Shown piece by piece: positions 42,284 through 52,032 of a stretch of 52,811 bases of DNA. The stretch spans positions 1 through 52,811 of the forward strand of contig JAFCDI010000005.1 in assembly GCA_017609755.1 (NCBI GenBank), written 5' to 3'. Position 1 is the first letter of the stretch; each line of letters starts with the position of its first letter. The DNA comes from Candidatus Pacearchaeota archaeon. GTDB taxonomy: Archaea; Nanobdellota; Nanobdellia; Pacearchaeales; GW2011-AR1. Below the pieces are notes generated by a model. It was not told the origin of the DNA and made no database searches. It was given only the letters and a program-made list of their open reading frames with translations. The translations under genes were made by a program, and so were the position numbers.

Positions 42284-43726
42284 ATGGCGAATTTGCAAGG
42301 CATTTTTAGTTTAATTCCTGAAGTTAAAAAACCTGATGAAAAAAAACTTAGTTTTAATGTTAAACTTAAGTGGACTCTTATAGTTTTAGTTTCTTTTTTT
42401 GTTCTTGCTAATATTCCTCTTTTTGGTTTGTCTATAAATGCTTTAGAAAGATTTCAGTATCTTGCGATTATTATGGGTACTGACTTTGGAAGTATTATTT
42501 CTCTTGGTATTGGGCCTATTGTAATGGCTTCTATTATTCTTCAATTATTAGTTGGTTCTGGTATATTGAATATTGATACAAATACTGTAGAAGGAAAAAA
42601 ATTCTTTCAAGGAATTCAGAAAATGCTGGTTTTCTTTTTTATTATATTTGAAGCTTTTGTTTATGTATTAATGCAAGGACTTCAACCTGTGCCTGGATTT
42701 GCATGGCTAGTTATACTGCAATTAATTATAGGAGGATTAGCAATTTATTTCATGAATGAACTCTGTGAAAAATGGGGCTTTGGTTCAGGAGTAAGTTTGT
42801 TTATTGGAGCAGGAGTTAGTTGGAGATTATTCACAAGTGCTTTTCAATTTGTGAATCAGCAAGGAAGAAACTGCTTACTTGATTTTAATAGAACTCCTTG
42901 TTCAGGAAAAATATTAGTATTAATTCAATCAATAATAAATAAATATCCTATTGAATTTTTATCTGCTGCAGCTGCATTAGCTGCCACAGTTGTAATCTTT
43001 TTAATAGTTGTCTGGGCTCAATCATTAAAAGTTGAAATTCCTCTTTCTTTTGGCAGATTAAGAGGATATGGTATGAAATGGCCTTTATCTTTTTTTTATG
43101 CTTCTGTTATTCCAGTTATTTTGGTTGCTGCACTAGTTGCAAATATACAATTATTTGGAGGATTAATAGAAAATGCTGCTGCTCCTTGTCTTGAAGGAGC
43201 TGTCTGTACTGGAGGTGCTAAAATTGCTTCTTATTTTACTTGGTTAGGAAGTTTTGTAGAGGGGCAACCTATTTCTGGTTTAGCTTTTTGGATGGGTTCT
43301 ACAAATTTATTAGAGCTTGTTGTTAGAGGAGGATTTCTTCCAAGATATTTGCTTCAAGGAATAACTCATATTTTATTCTATATTATACTTTGTGCTTTAT
43401 TTTCAGTTTTCTGGGTTAAAACATCTGGAATGGATTCAAAAGCACAGGCACAAAAAATTGCTGCATCTGGATTGCAAGTTGCTGGATTTAGACAAGATAT
43501 TCGAGTTTTAGAAAGTATTTTAGATAGATATATTATGCCTTTAACAGTAATGGGAGGTGCTGCAATTGGATTATTAGCAGCAGCAACAGATTTATTAGGA
43601 GCTCTTGTTTCAGGAACAGCAATATTGTTGGTAATTATGATTATGTTTCAATTTTATCAAAACATTGCTCAACAACACATGACTGATATGAATCCTGCAA
43701 TGAGAAAATTCATGAGTGGAAGTTAA
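42284..43726 (+). CDS. secY: Preprotein translocase subunit SecY
   Basis: 10-TM protein. GTDFGSIISLGIGPIVMASIILQLL and canonical position after rpl15. Confidence 0.95.
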   Translation: MANLQGIFSLIPEVKKPDEKKLSFNVKLKWTLIVLVSFFVLANIPLFGLSINALERFQYLAIIMGTDFGSIISLGIGPIVMASIILQLLVGSGILNIDTNTVEGKKFFQGIQKMLVFFFIIFEAFVYVLMQGLQPVPGFAWLVILQLIIGGLAIYFMNELCEKWGFGSGVSLFIGAGVSWRLFTSAFQFVNQQGRNCLLDFNRTPCSGKILVLIQSIINKYPIEFLSAAAALAATVVIFLIVVWAQSLKVEIPLSFGRLRGYGMKWPLSFFYASVIPVILVAALVANIQLFGGLIENAAAPCLEGAVCTGGAKIASYFTWLGSFVEGQPISGLAFWMGSTNLLELVVRGGFLPRYLLQGITHILFYIILCALFSVFWVKTSGMDSKAQAQKIAASGLQVAGFRQDIRVLESILDRYIMPLTVMGGAAIGLLAAATDLLGALVSGTAILLVIMIMFQFYQNIAQQHMTDMNPAMRKFMSGS

Positions 43727-43761
43727 AATTTCCAGCTGTTCAAAAATTAGAAGAGACTAAA

Positions 43762-43968
43762 ATGAATAAAAAAAACAAAACTTTAAACAAATTTGTAAGT
43801 GTTCTTGTAATTAGTTTGGGAATATATTTATTTTTTACTGGAAGCTCTTTTCTTATTTTTGAAAGAAATAATTCAGAAGAATTAATAATATCTTTAATAC
43901 AGATTATTTTTGGAATATTTTCTTTGATTTGGGGAATTTATTATTTAAGAAAAATAAAAAACACTTAG
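43762..43968 (+). CDS. Small two-TM hypothetical membrane protein
   Basis: 68 aa with two hydrophobic helices. Confidence 0.35.
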   Translation: MNKKNKTLNKFVSVLVISLGIYLFFTGSSFLIFERNNSEELIISLIQIIFGIFSLIWGIYYLRKIKNT

Positions 43969-43998
43969 TTTTAAAAACCAATTTTGATTTAGATTAAA

Positions 43999-44553
43999 AT
44001 GGAAGAAAAAGAGAACAAAAAAGGTGAAGGAAGTTTTAAACCAATTATAATTATAATGCTAGCTTCTCTACTAATTGCAGGATTTTGGGATAAAATTCCT
44101 ATAATAAAAAATTCTATTCATGCAGTTTTAGATCCTAGTGCAGGTGCTTTATTATTGTGGAACATAAATTGGGGAATGGTAATTATTGTATTTGTTATTA
44201 CTCTTCTTATTACAATAGTTCAAAAATATGCAACTGATCAAAAAACACTTAAAGAACTTAAAAAAGAGCAAAAAGAACTTCAAAAAGAAATGAAGAAATT
44301 TAAAGAGCATCCTGAAAAAATGATGGAGCTTCAAAAAACTCAAATGAAGTTGATGCCTAAACAAATGAAACTAAGTATGAGAGCAATTGCATATACAGGT
44401 ATTCCTCTTATTTTATTTTTTAGATGGTTTCAAGACTTTTTTACTAATCTAGGAAGTCCAAAATTTTTAGGTTTTTTAGGCTGGTTCTGGGCATATTTTA
44501 TTCTTGCAATGCTTTTTGGTTCAATATTAAGAAAATATCTAAAAGTAGTTTAG
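43999..44553 (+). CDS. DUF106 / EMC3-TMCO1-like (archaeal YidC/Oxa1-like) membrane insertase
   Basis: TM1, then a charged coiled coil (KELKKEQKELQKEMKKFKEHPEKMMELQKTQMKLM), then two TM helices. Conserved position downstream of secY. Confidence 0.6.
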   Translation: MEEKENKKGEGSFKPIIIIMLASLLIAGFWDKIPIIKNSIHAVLDPSAGALLLWNINWGMVIIVFVITLLITIVQKYATDQKTLKELKKEQKELQKEMKKFKEHPEKMMELQKTQMKLMPKQMKLSMRAIAYTGIPLILFFRWFQDFFTNLGSPKFLGFLGWFWAYFILAMLFGSILRKYLKVV

Positions 44554-44801
44554 AGAAAATATTGAAGAAGTTCTGATTTTAAATTAATATCTTCACCGGA
44601 ATTTAATCTATTTATTAACTCTTTTCTTTTTGCTCTAGAATCCTCGATTTTTCTAATATCTACTCTTTCTTTCTCTCAAATTAGAATATTTAATTTATCT
44701 CTTAATAATTCTGCTTTCCAAAGAGAATATACTTTATCATCTGCACAAACCAGACTTTCATATTTATTCTGTTTATTTCTGTATATCATTATTTCTGGCA
44801 T
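44550..44801 (-). pseudogene. 83-codon reading frame interrupted by one in-frame TGA (44676-44678)
   Basis: MPEIMIYRNKQNKYESLVCADDKVYSLWKAELLRDKLNILI-TGA-EKERVDIRKIEDSRAKRKELINRLNSGEDINLKSELLQYFL. Verified codon by codon. Confidence 0.3.
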
Positions 44802-44880
44802 AGAAAATCTTAGTTTAGGATATATTTATAATTTTATATTCTATAGTAATACTTAAAAACATATATATTCTGAGTTTAGC

Positions 44881-45297
44881 ATGGATAAAAATTCAGAAGA
44901 ATTAATGCAAAAGTTTGGAATTTATGAGCAGCAAATTTCACAGCTACAGCAGCAATTAGAAGCTGTTGAGCAAGCAATAGTTGATATGAATTCTCTCTTT
45001 TTAGGACTGGATGAGTTAATCGGTGCAAAGGAAAAAGAAATTCTTGCTCCAATTGGAAGAGGAATCTTTGTAAAAACAAAATTAATTTCAGAGGATTTAA
45101 TAGTGGATGTGGGTGGAAAAAACTTTGTTAAAAAAAATATTTCTGAAACAAAAGAATTAATTTCAAATCAAATTAAAAAATTAGAAGAAGTAAAAGAAGA
45201 GATAAATAAGAATCTTGAAGAGATAAATGAGGAAATAACAGAGGTTTTTACAAAAGCTCAAAAAGAACATGTATGTGATGAAAATTGTGAGCATTAA
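44881..45297 (+). CDS. pfdA: Prefoldin alpha subunit
   Basis: Coiled coil, two beta hairpins (ILAPIGRGIFVKTKL...LIVDVGGKNFV), then coiled coil. Confidence 0.8.
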   Translation: MDKNSEELMQKFGIYEQQISQLQQQLEAVEQAIVDMNSLFLGLDELIGAKEKEILAPIGRGIFVKTKLISEDLIVDVGGKNFVKKNISETKELISNQIKKLEEVKEEINKNLEEINEEITEVFTKAQKEHVCDENCEH

Positions 45298-45299
45298 TT

Positions 45300-46103
45300 T
45301 TAAATTTTTCTTAAAAAACTTTCATATTTCAAAGTTCCTAATTCAGAAACAATTGCTCGAAGATATTTTTTTGGAACAAATTCAAATGCAGGATTTTTTA
45401 TTTTGATATTTTTGGGTGCTTTATCCCAGACTTCATTTAAATTTCTTTGTTCTATTGGAATCTGCTTTTTTGTAAATTTCCAAGAGTCTGCAATAATATA
45501 AACAGGAATTTTATTGTCGAGTGCAATATTTGCAATAATATTGCTTCCAATTTTATTTATTATTCCTTTTTTTAGTAAAGCGTCTGCTCCTAAAAAAACT
45601 TTATTTGGTTTTTGATTTTTTTGTCTTCCCTCTAATGCAACTCCTAATGCAGAATCAACAAACATAGTCACTTTAATTCCTGCTTTTCTTAATTGCCTAG
45701 CTGTTTTTCTGCCCTGAAATAAAGGACGAGTTTCTGTATTATAGACTTCAAATTTTTTGCCTTTAGTTTTTGCATAAATTAATGCATTAATTACATTTGT
45801 AGAATGGCAGTGTGTGAAGATTATATCTTTATTTTTAATTAATTTAAAAACTTCTGAATTTATTTTGTTTTGGGCTTTTTCAAAATGTTCTTGTATTTCT
45901 CTGAAATTCTTTTTTTCTGCTAGATTCAGAACTTTTTCCATCATGGGTTCTGTTGGACGAGAAGAAAGAAGTCTTTTTTTTGAAATTTTATTGGGAATTA
46001 AAGAATATGCATAAAGAGCTTTTTTTGCTATGTTTCTTGCTCCCTGAATTTTTATAGACTTTATGTCTTTTAGAATTTTATTGAATTCCTCTTTTTTATT
46101 CAT
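45300..46103 (-). CDS. eIF-2B alpha/beta/delta family protein (ribose-1,5-bisphosphate isomerase candidate)
   Basis: IQGARNIAK..., IFTHCHSTNV, VYNTETRPLFQGRKTA, VFLGADALLKKGIINKIGS. Start moved to the ATG at 46103, because the track start is a TTG. Confidence 0.65.
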   Translation of the reverse strand: MNKKEEFNKILKDIKSIKIQGARNIAKKALYAYSLIPNKISKKRLLSSRPTEPMMEKVLNLAEKKNFREIQEHFEKAQNKINSEVFKLIKNKDIIFTHCHSTNVINALIYAKTKGKKFEVYNTETRPLFQGRKTARQLRKAGIKVTMFVDSALGVALEGRQKNQKPNKVFLGADALLKKGIINKIGSNIIANIALDNKIPVYIIADSWKFTKKQIPIEQRNLNEVWDKAPKNIKIKNPAFEFVPKKYLRAIVSELGTLKYESFLRKI

Positions 46104-46183
46104 TAAATAATATGTAATTTCTGTTATAAAAAACTTCTGATAAACTAACAAATCTTTAAAAGTAGAATAAAACTATTATAATC

Positions 46184-47041
46184 ATGTTAGAGTCATTAGT
46201 AAATCCAAAAAAAGTTGAAAAAGGAACCTGGAAAATGCTTTTAATAGGTTTTTTATATGGTTCTCTTTCTCTTTTATTAACTCATTGGTTTTTTTCAAAA
46301 GACACTGTTTTGTCTCAATATTCTGGAATGATAGTTGTTACTTTTTGTGTTATGTTTTCTCTTCCTTTTATGTATTTTATAATAAAAAAAGAAGAAGCAG
46401 AGGATGAGCAAGTTGAAGGTTTTTTGAGTATCTGGAAAGTTCATAAAGACGCTATTTTTGCTCTAATGTGGTTGTTTTTAGGATTTATTATTGCTTTTGC
46501 ACTTTGGTTTATTATAATTCAAAATGCAACTCTCTTTAATGCACAAATTGAAACTTATTGTATGATTAATAATCCAGGAAATATTGAGCAATGTGTTTCA
46601 GAGTACTCTCTTTCAGAAAAAGGAATTTCTGCTGGTGCAACAAAAGAATTAAGATTTCTCTCAATTATAGAAAATAATGTTTATGTTATGATATTTACAC
46701 TTATATTTTCTCTTATTTTTGGAGCAGGAGCCATATTTATTCTGGCCTGGAATGCAAGTGTTATTGCTTCTGCAATTGGAGTTTTTACTCAATATAAACT
46801 AGTTCAAATTCCAATTGGAATTGCTAGATACATGATTCATGGTTTTCCAGAAATAGCAGCTTATTTTATAACTGCTTTAGCAGGAGGAATGTTTGGTTTT
46901 GGAATTATTAAACATGGAATAAAAAATAAGAATTTTATTAGAGTTTTAGAAAATGTTGCACTGCTATTATTTTTATCAATTGTTATTTTAATTGTTGCTG
47001 CTGCAATTGAAGTGTATATTACTCCTCTTTTATTTAGATGA
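46184..47041 (+). CDS. SpoIIM/DUF95-like membrane protein
   Basis: IENNVYVMIFTLIFSLIFGAGAIFILAWNASVIA...GFPEIAAYFITALAGG. Confidence 0.5.
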   Translation: MLESLVNPKKVEKGTWKMLLIGFLYGSLSLLLTHWFFSKDTVLSQYSGMIVVTFCVMFSLPFMYFIIKKEEAEDEQVEGFLSIWKVHKDAIFALMWLFLGFIIAFALWFIIIQNATLFNAQIETYCMINNPGNIEQCVSEYSLSEKGISAGATKELRFLSIIENNVYVMIFTLIFSLIFGAGAIFILAWNASVIASAIGVFTQYKLVQIPIGIARYMIHGFPEIAAYFITALAGGMFGFGIIKHGIKNKNFIRVLENVALLLFLSIVILIVAAAIEVYITPLLFR

Positions 47042-47075
47042 TTAAATTTAAAAATTTCAAATATTTAGATAGTTT

Positions 47076-48068
47076 ATGGAACCTTTTTTATTAGCAACGA
47101 TTTTTATTAGTTTTTTTTGTACATTTCTTGCTATGCCTTTTTGGATAAAAAAAGCAAAATCAATAGGATTAGTTTGGGAAGATATGAATAAAAGAGATTC
47201 TTTAAAAAATATTGCTGGTTCTGGAGGAATGATTGTTGTTTTTGGCTTTGTTTTAGGAATTTTATCTTATATTGCTATAAGAACTTTTTATTTTAAAGAT
47301 GGAGCAGGAATAAATGAATATTTGTTTGCTATTCTCTCTGTAATGTTTTTAAGTGCAATTGTTGGAATTGTGGATGATTTATTTGGATGGCAAAAAGGAG
47401 GATTATCTAAAAGAACTCGATTAATTTTGATATTTTTTGCAGCAATTCCTTTAATGGTTATTAATGCAGGAGAATCTAGTATTCTTGGATTTGAATTAGG
47501 AATATTATTTCCATTAATAGTTATTCCAATAGGAATTATTGGGTCTACAACTACGTTTAATTTTTTAGCGGGATATAATGGATTAGAAGCAGGACAAGGA
47601 ATTCTAATTTTATCTGGTTTGGCTTTTGTTACTTATTTAACTGGAACTAGTTGGCTAAGTGTTGTTGCTCTTTGTATGATTGCTGCACTTTTAGGATTTT
47701 ATCTTTTTAACAAGTATCCTGCAAAGATATTTCCAGGAGATGTTCTCACATATTCTGTTGGAGCTTTAATAGCTTGTATTGCAATTCTTGGAAATGCAGA
47801 AAAAATAGCTCTTTTCTTTTTTATTCCATATGCTTTAGAAACTCTTTTAAAATTAAGAGGAGGCTTAAAAAAACAAAGTTTTGCTAAAGTAAGAGAAGAT
47901 GGAGGATTAGATATGCCTTATAATAAAATATATGGTTTAGAACATTTAGCTATTGCAATATTAAAGAAGATAAAAAAATCTGGAAAAATTAAAGAGATTG
48001 AAGTAGTTTGGTTAATTCATAGCTTTCAAATAATAATAATTTTAATTGGATTTTTATTATTTCTATAA
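47076..48068 (+). CDS. Dolichyl-phosphate GlcNAc-1-phosphate transferase (MraY/WecA/AglH family)
   Basis: VDDLFGW, NFLAGYNGLEAGQG, IFPGDVLTYSVGA. Confidence 0.75.
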   Translation: MEPFLLATIFISFFCTFLAMPFWIKKAKSIGLVWEDMNKRDSLKNIAGSGGMIVVFGFVLGILSYIAIRTFYFKDGAGINEYLFAILSVMFLSAIVGIVDDLFGWQKGGLSKRTRLILIFFAAIPLMVINAGESSILGFELGILFPLIVIPIGIIGSTTTFNFLAGYNGLEAGQGILILSGLAFVTYLTGTSWLSVVALCMIAALLGFYLFNKYPAKIFPGDVLTYSVGALIACIAILGNAEKIALFFFIPYALETLLKLRGGLKKQSFAKVREDGGLDMPYNKIYGLEHLAIAILKKIKKSGKIKEIEVVWLIHSFQIIIILIGFLLFL

Positions 48069-48109
48069 TTAAACAAAGCTTTTAAAGCATTATTCTCTTG
48101 AAATAAAAT

Positions 48110-50884
48110 ATGGAAGAAGTTGGTAAAATATCTATACAAAATAGTGAAAGAAAAACTTTAAGACAAAGTGCAGAAGATATTAAAAAAGGCTTTAAAAAGA
48201 GTTGGAAAATTTTAAATCAGAAAAAAACTCTAAATATTCTGTTTATTATTTTATTTTTGATTATTTTAATAGGCACTAGTTGGATAAGATTGCAAAATCT
48301 TCCTTTATTAGTTGATTCTACAACAGGAAAAAATATTCCTCTTGCTTTAGATCCTTATTATTTTTTAAGAGTTTCTGAAACTATGATTAATGAAGGACTT
48401 TCAGAAATTGATTCTATGAGATATCCTTCTTTAAATTTGCCTTTTACAAATGAATTTACTCCAAGAGCAACTGTTGGATTATTTTCTCTTTTTAGAATTT
48501 TTGATTCAAATATTTCTCTAGAATTTGTAAATGTTATTTCTCCTGTAATCTTTTTTATTTTAGGATTAATTGCTTTTTTCTTTTTAATATTGGTTTTAAC
48601 AAAATCAAAACTAACTGCGCTTATTAGTAGTGGTTTTTTAGCTATTATTCCTCTTTATTTGTATAGAACAATGGCTGGTTTTGCAGATCACGAATCAATT
48701 GGAATTTTTTCTTTTTTTCTAGTTTTATTAGGATATACTCTCTCAATACAATTTCTAGATAAAAAATCCAAAAAAACTTCAAAATCAAAAAATGACTTGC
48801 TTAAGATTTCTTTATTAGGAATCGGAGTTGCTTTTTTAACAGCATTTAATTATGCTTGTTGGAGTGGAATTGCTATTTTTACTTTTTTAATTATTTCATT
48901 GAGCATGTTTTTAATATGGTTATTTAGAGAGAAAAATCTAGAGATAGATAAAAAAAGAATTTTGAAAAATTATCTTGTTTTTTATTTTATTTGGTTTTTG
49001 TTTACAATTTTGTTTTTAGGAATTTATGGATATGAATTTAATTCTATTCTTTCTTTCTTCTTATCTGGGACTAGTATTTTAGTTCCTATTGTTCTTTTAT
49101 TTTTAATTGTTGATTATTTTTTAATAATAAATGAAAGAAAATATTTAAAGAAAAATTTAAAAAAATATAGGGCTGCTATTAGTCTTGGACTTGTTTTTAT
49201 TTTAGGAGCAATATTTTTATTTTTATTTAATAAAAATCTTTTTTCAATTATTTTTGGATTTATCTCAGAAATGATGGACCCTTTTGGAGAGAGTAGAATA
49301 GGTTCTACTGTTGCTGAAAATGCTCAACCTTATTTGTCTAATTGGATGAATCAGGTGGGAAAATTCTTTTTTTGGTTGTTTTATGCTGGAATGATTTTTG
49401 TTGGAATTGATATGTCTTCAAAAATTTCTAGAAGAAAACACAGGATTTTCTTTTCTCTAATTTGGATTGCAATGATTTCTGGAATTTTATTTAGTAAAAT
49501 GTCTGAAAATGCTCTTTTAAATGGAAATAATTTTATTAGTGGTTTTGTTTATTTTGCTGGACTTTTAATTTTTTTAGTTTATTTTGTTTGGTTATATTTT
49601 AATGAAAAAGTAGAGATAAAGAGTGAGTTATTTATAATTTTTATTTGGTTATTTTTTATGTTGATTGCTGGAAGAGGAGCAATACGATTTTTCTTTTTAA
49701 TGTCTCCTTTTATTTGTTTTATGGTGGGATATTTGAGTGTAAGATTATTTGAATTCTTTAAGAAAAGTAAAGATGAACTTCTAAAACTTCTTTTATTTGT
49801 TTTATTTATTTTAGTTGCTATAATTTTGGTTACTAGAATAATTAGTTTTACTCAAAATATAATCTATCAATCAGAATATACTGGGCCTTCTGCTAATTAT
49901 CAATGGCAAAATGCAATGAAATGGATAAGAGAAAACACTCCTAAAGAAAGTATTTTTGTGCATTGGTGGGATTATGGATACTGGGTGCAATATTTAGGAG
50001 AAAGAGCAACAATAACAGACGGAGGGCATGGAAATGCATTTTGGGACCATTTAATTGGAAGATATTTATTGACAACTCCTTATCCAGAAACAGCTTTAAG
50101 TTTTATGAAAGCTCATAAGGTCTCTTATTTATTGATTGATTCTACTGATATTGGAAAATATTCTGCATATAGCAAAATTGGAAGTGATGCAGATTCCAAT
50201 GATAGATATTCAATGATTCCTACTTTTATAAATGATGTCTCTCAAACTCAAGAAACAGCTGAAAAAGAAATAAGAATTTATACTGGTGGAGGAGGTTTTG
50301 TAGATGAGGATTTAATTTATGAAATAGGTGGAAGAGAGATTTTTCTTCCTTTTTCAAAAGCAATGATAGGAGCAATAATTCTAGAGATGAATAAAAATGA
50401 AACTTTATCTTTTGAGAATGTTGAGGGAATTTTTGTTTATAATGGAGAACAATTTAGAATTCCAATTAGATATGTTTATTATAGGGGACTTTTAGTTGAT
50501 ACTGAAAAGGGATTAGAAGCAATTGCTTATTTTGTTCCTTATGTAAGTTCATCAAATACAGGTGTTCAGATAAATGAATTAGGAACAGTTATGTATTTGT
50601 CTCCTAAAGTGCAGTCTAGTCTAGTTTCTCAATTGTATCTTTTGGATAATGAATTTGGAAAATATGAAGGAGTAAAATTAGTTCATTCTGAGCCTAGTCC
50701 AATTGTTTCTAATTTAGCTGCTCAAGGTGCAGATTTAGGAGAGTTTTTATATTATTCTGGAACTCTTCAAGGACCAATAAAAATTTGGGAAATAAATCCT
50801 CCAGAAGATATAATTGCAAGACAAGAATTCTTAAATACTTCTGGACAATATGCAGAGTATGATAATTTAGAATTTGTAAAATGA
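48110..50884 (+). CDS. aglB: Oligosaccharyltransferase AglB (STT3 family)
   Basis: 13-TM N-terminal domain plus the WWDYGYW motif (HWWDYGYWVQYLG). Confidence 0.9.
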   Translation: MEEVGKISIQNSERKTLRQSAEDIKKGFKKSWKILNQKKTLNILFIILFLIILIGTSWIRLQNLPLLVDSTTGKNIPLALDPYYFLRVSETMINEGLSEIDSMRYPSLNLPFTNEFTPRATVGLFSLFRIFDSNISLEFVNVISPVIFFILGLIAFFFLILVLTKSKLTALISSGFLAIIPLYLYRTMAGFADHESIGIFSFFLVLLGYTLSIQFLDKKSKKTSKSKNDLLKISLLGIGVAFLTAFNYACWSGIAIFTFLIISLSMFLIWLFREKNLEIDKKRILKNYLVFYFIWFLFTILFLGIYGYEFNSILSFFLSGTSILVPIVLLFLIVDYFLIINERKYLKKNLKKYRAAISLGLVFILGAIFLFLFNKNLFSIIFGFISEMMDPFGESRIGSTVAENAQPYLSNWMNQVGKFFFWLFYAGMIFVGIDMSSKISRRKHRIFFSLIWIAMISGILFSKMSENALLNGNNFISGFVYFAGLLIFLVYFVWLYFNEKVEIKSELFIIFIWLFFMLIAGRGAIRFFFLMSPFICFMVGYLSVRLFEFFKKSKDELLKLLLFVLFILVAIILVTRIISFTQNIIYQSEYTGPSANYQWQNAMKWIRENTPKESIFVHWWDYGYWVQYLGERATITDGGHGNAFWDHLIGRYLLTTPYPETALSFMKAHKVSYLLIDSTDIGKYSAYSKIGSDADSNDRYSMIPTFINDVSQTQETAEKEIRIYTGGGGFVDEDLIYEIGGREIFLPFSKAMIGAIILEMNKNETLSFENVEGIFVYNGEQFRIPIRYVYYRGLLVDTEKGLEAIAYFVPYVSSSNTGVQINELGTVMYLSPKVQSSLVSQLYLLDNEFGKYEGVKLVHSEPSPIVSNLAAQGADLGEFLYYSGTLQGPIKIWEINPPEDIIARQEFLNTSGQYAEYDNLEFVK

Positions 50885-52032
50885 ATCCTAAAAAAATTGC
50901 ACTTTTTCATCCCTGGCTTAAGAGCAAAGGAGGAGCAGAAAAAGTTGTTTTGGAAATTTTGAAAAATACAAAATATAAAATTGATTTATATACTTGGATA
51001 TATGATAGAGAAAATACTTTTAAAGAATTTGAAAACTATGAAATTAGGATAATTGCTCCTAAATTTGCTAAAAAATTAGGAAGGCTCTATATTGGAAGAG
51101 GATTATTAGTTTTCTTTAATTTGTTCTCTAAAATTCCTCTGGACAAATACGATGTTTTCTTGATTTCTACTTCTGGACTTGGAGAATTAATAACTCTTAG
51201 AAACTATAAAAAAGGAAAAACATATGCATATATTCACACTATTTTAAGAGCGTCTTATAAAGAAGATATTAAATGGAATCTTGAAAATAGATATAAATCT
51301 TTTTTATCTAAAAATCTTTATCTTATTTCAACTAAAATATATAAATTTCTTGAAAAAAGAGCCTGGAAAAAAATAGATTATACTGTTTTTAATTCTGAAT
51401 TAAGTTTAGAAAGGGCAAAAAAACATCAATTATTAAGAAAAAAACCTTTTACAATAGTTTATCCTCCAATTGAAGTTGATAAATTTAGCAAATTAAAAAC
51501 AAAAAAAGGAAATTATTTTTTATATGTATCTAGAATCAATAATCCAAAAAGACAGGATTTATTATTAAAAGCCTGGAAAAGCTTTGTTGAAAAAAATCCA
51601 AAAGAAAAATTAATTCTTGTTGGAAATATTGAGAATAAAAAATTCTTTGAAAAAATTAAAAAAATGTCAAGAAAAATTCCAAATGTAGAAATTAAAACTA
51701 ATGTTTCTGAAAAAGAATTATTGAAATTGTATTCAAATTGTAAGGCAATTATATTTATTCCTTATAGAGAGGATTTTGGAATTGTTCCTTTTGAAGCTTT
51801 AGCCTTAGGAAAGCCTTTAATTGCTACAAATAAAGGAGGATTTGTTAAATTAATTGAAAAAATTCCTCAATATTATAAAATAAATGAAAAAAATTCAGAA
51901 AAAGAAAATATTAAAGAGATAAACAGAGTTTTAGAAAATTTTCTAAAAAGCAAAATTAAGGCAAGAAAAATAAAGAATTTGGGAAATAGCACACATAAAT
52001 TTAAAAAGAAAATAGAGGAAATATTAAAATGA
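50881..52032 (+). CDS. Glycosyltransferase, GT-B fold (GT4/'group 1')
   Basis: EDFGIVPFEALALGKPLIATNKGG is the E-x7-E region. Confidence 0.75.
   Translation: MNPKKIALFHPWLKSKGGAEKVVLEILKNTKYKIDLYTWIYDRENTFKEFENYEIRIIAPKFAKKLGRLYIGRGLLVFFNLFSKIPLDKYDVFLISTSGLGELITLRNYKKGKTYAYIHTILRASYKEDIKWNLENRYKSFLSKNLYLISTKIYKFLEKRAWKKIDYTVFNSELSLERAKKHQLLRKKPFTIVYPPIEVDKFSKLKTKKGNYFLYVSRINNPKRQDLLLKAWKSFVEKNPKEKLILVGNIENKKFFEKIKKMSRKIPNVEIKTNVSEKELLKLYSNCKAIIFIPYREDFGIVPFEALALGKPLIATNKGGFVKLIEKIPQYYKINEKNSEKENIKEINRVLENFLKSKIKARKIKNLGNSTHKFKKKIEEILK

Noticed and set aside
18336-44678. The in-frame TAA (18336) and TGA (44676) as evidence for a reassigned stop codon or selenocysteine.
   Set aside because: TAA and TGA both terminate highly conserved genes at the expected positions in this window (TGA ends rpl1, rpl3, rpl4, rps3 and rps17; TAA ends most others). 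The two interrupted genes use different stop codons, and one of them also carries a frameshift. Nonsense mutation is the simpler explanation.
1809-45079. Many 60-160-aa ORFs in the track lie antisense to, or out of frame within, confident genes. Examples: 1809-2090, 6889-7092, 11542-11823, 12211-12393, 12488-12688, 13665-13943, 21308-21490, 23113-23601, 23692-23880, 25197-25397, 26234-26470, 27787-28035, 29255-29506, 31631-31936, 34204-34392, 34887-35229, 35072-35320, 37209-37529, 38022-38333, 38488-38919, 39104-39394, 40009-40278, 40351-40957, 41482-41664, 44152-44364, 44876-45079, 45814-46014.
   Set aside because: They are F/S/L/I-rich mirror images of Lys/Glu-rich coding sequence, because AAA/GAA codons read antisense as TTT/TTC and rarely create stops. 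They have no promoter or Shine-Dalgarno, and each overlaps a gene with strong family motifs.
6566-46151. N-terminal extensions proposed by the track for ORFs 6566, 12122, 13636, 20501, 24019-25227, 28837, 35054, 36146 and 45300-46151.
   Set aside because: The extensions either begin at TTG/GTG codons (checked for 12122, 20501, 28837 and 46151) or run through the TATA box or the upstream gene. In each case an internal ATG has the canonical -29 TATA spacing or abuts the preceding stop codon, and it matches the conserved N-terminus of the family.
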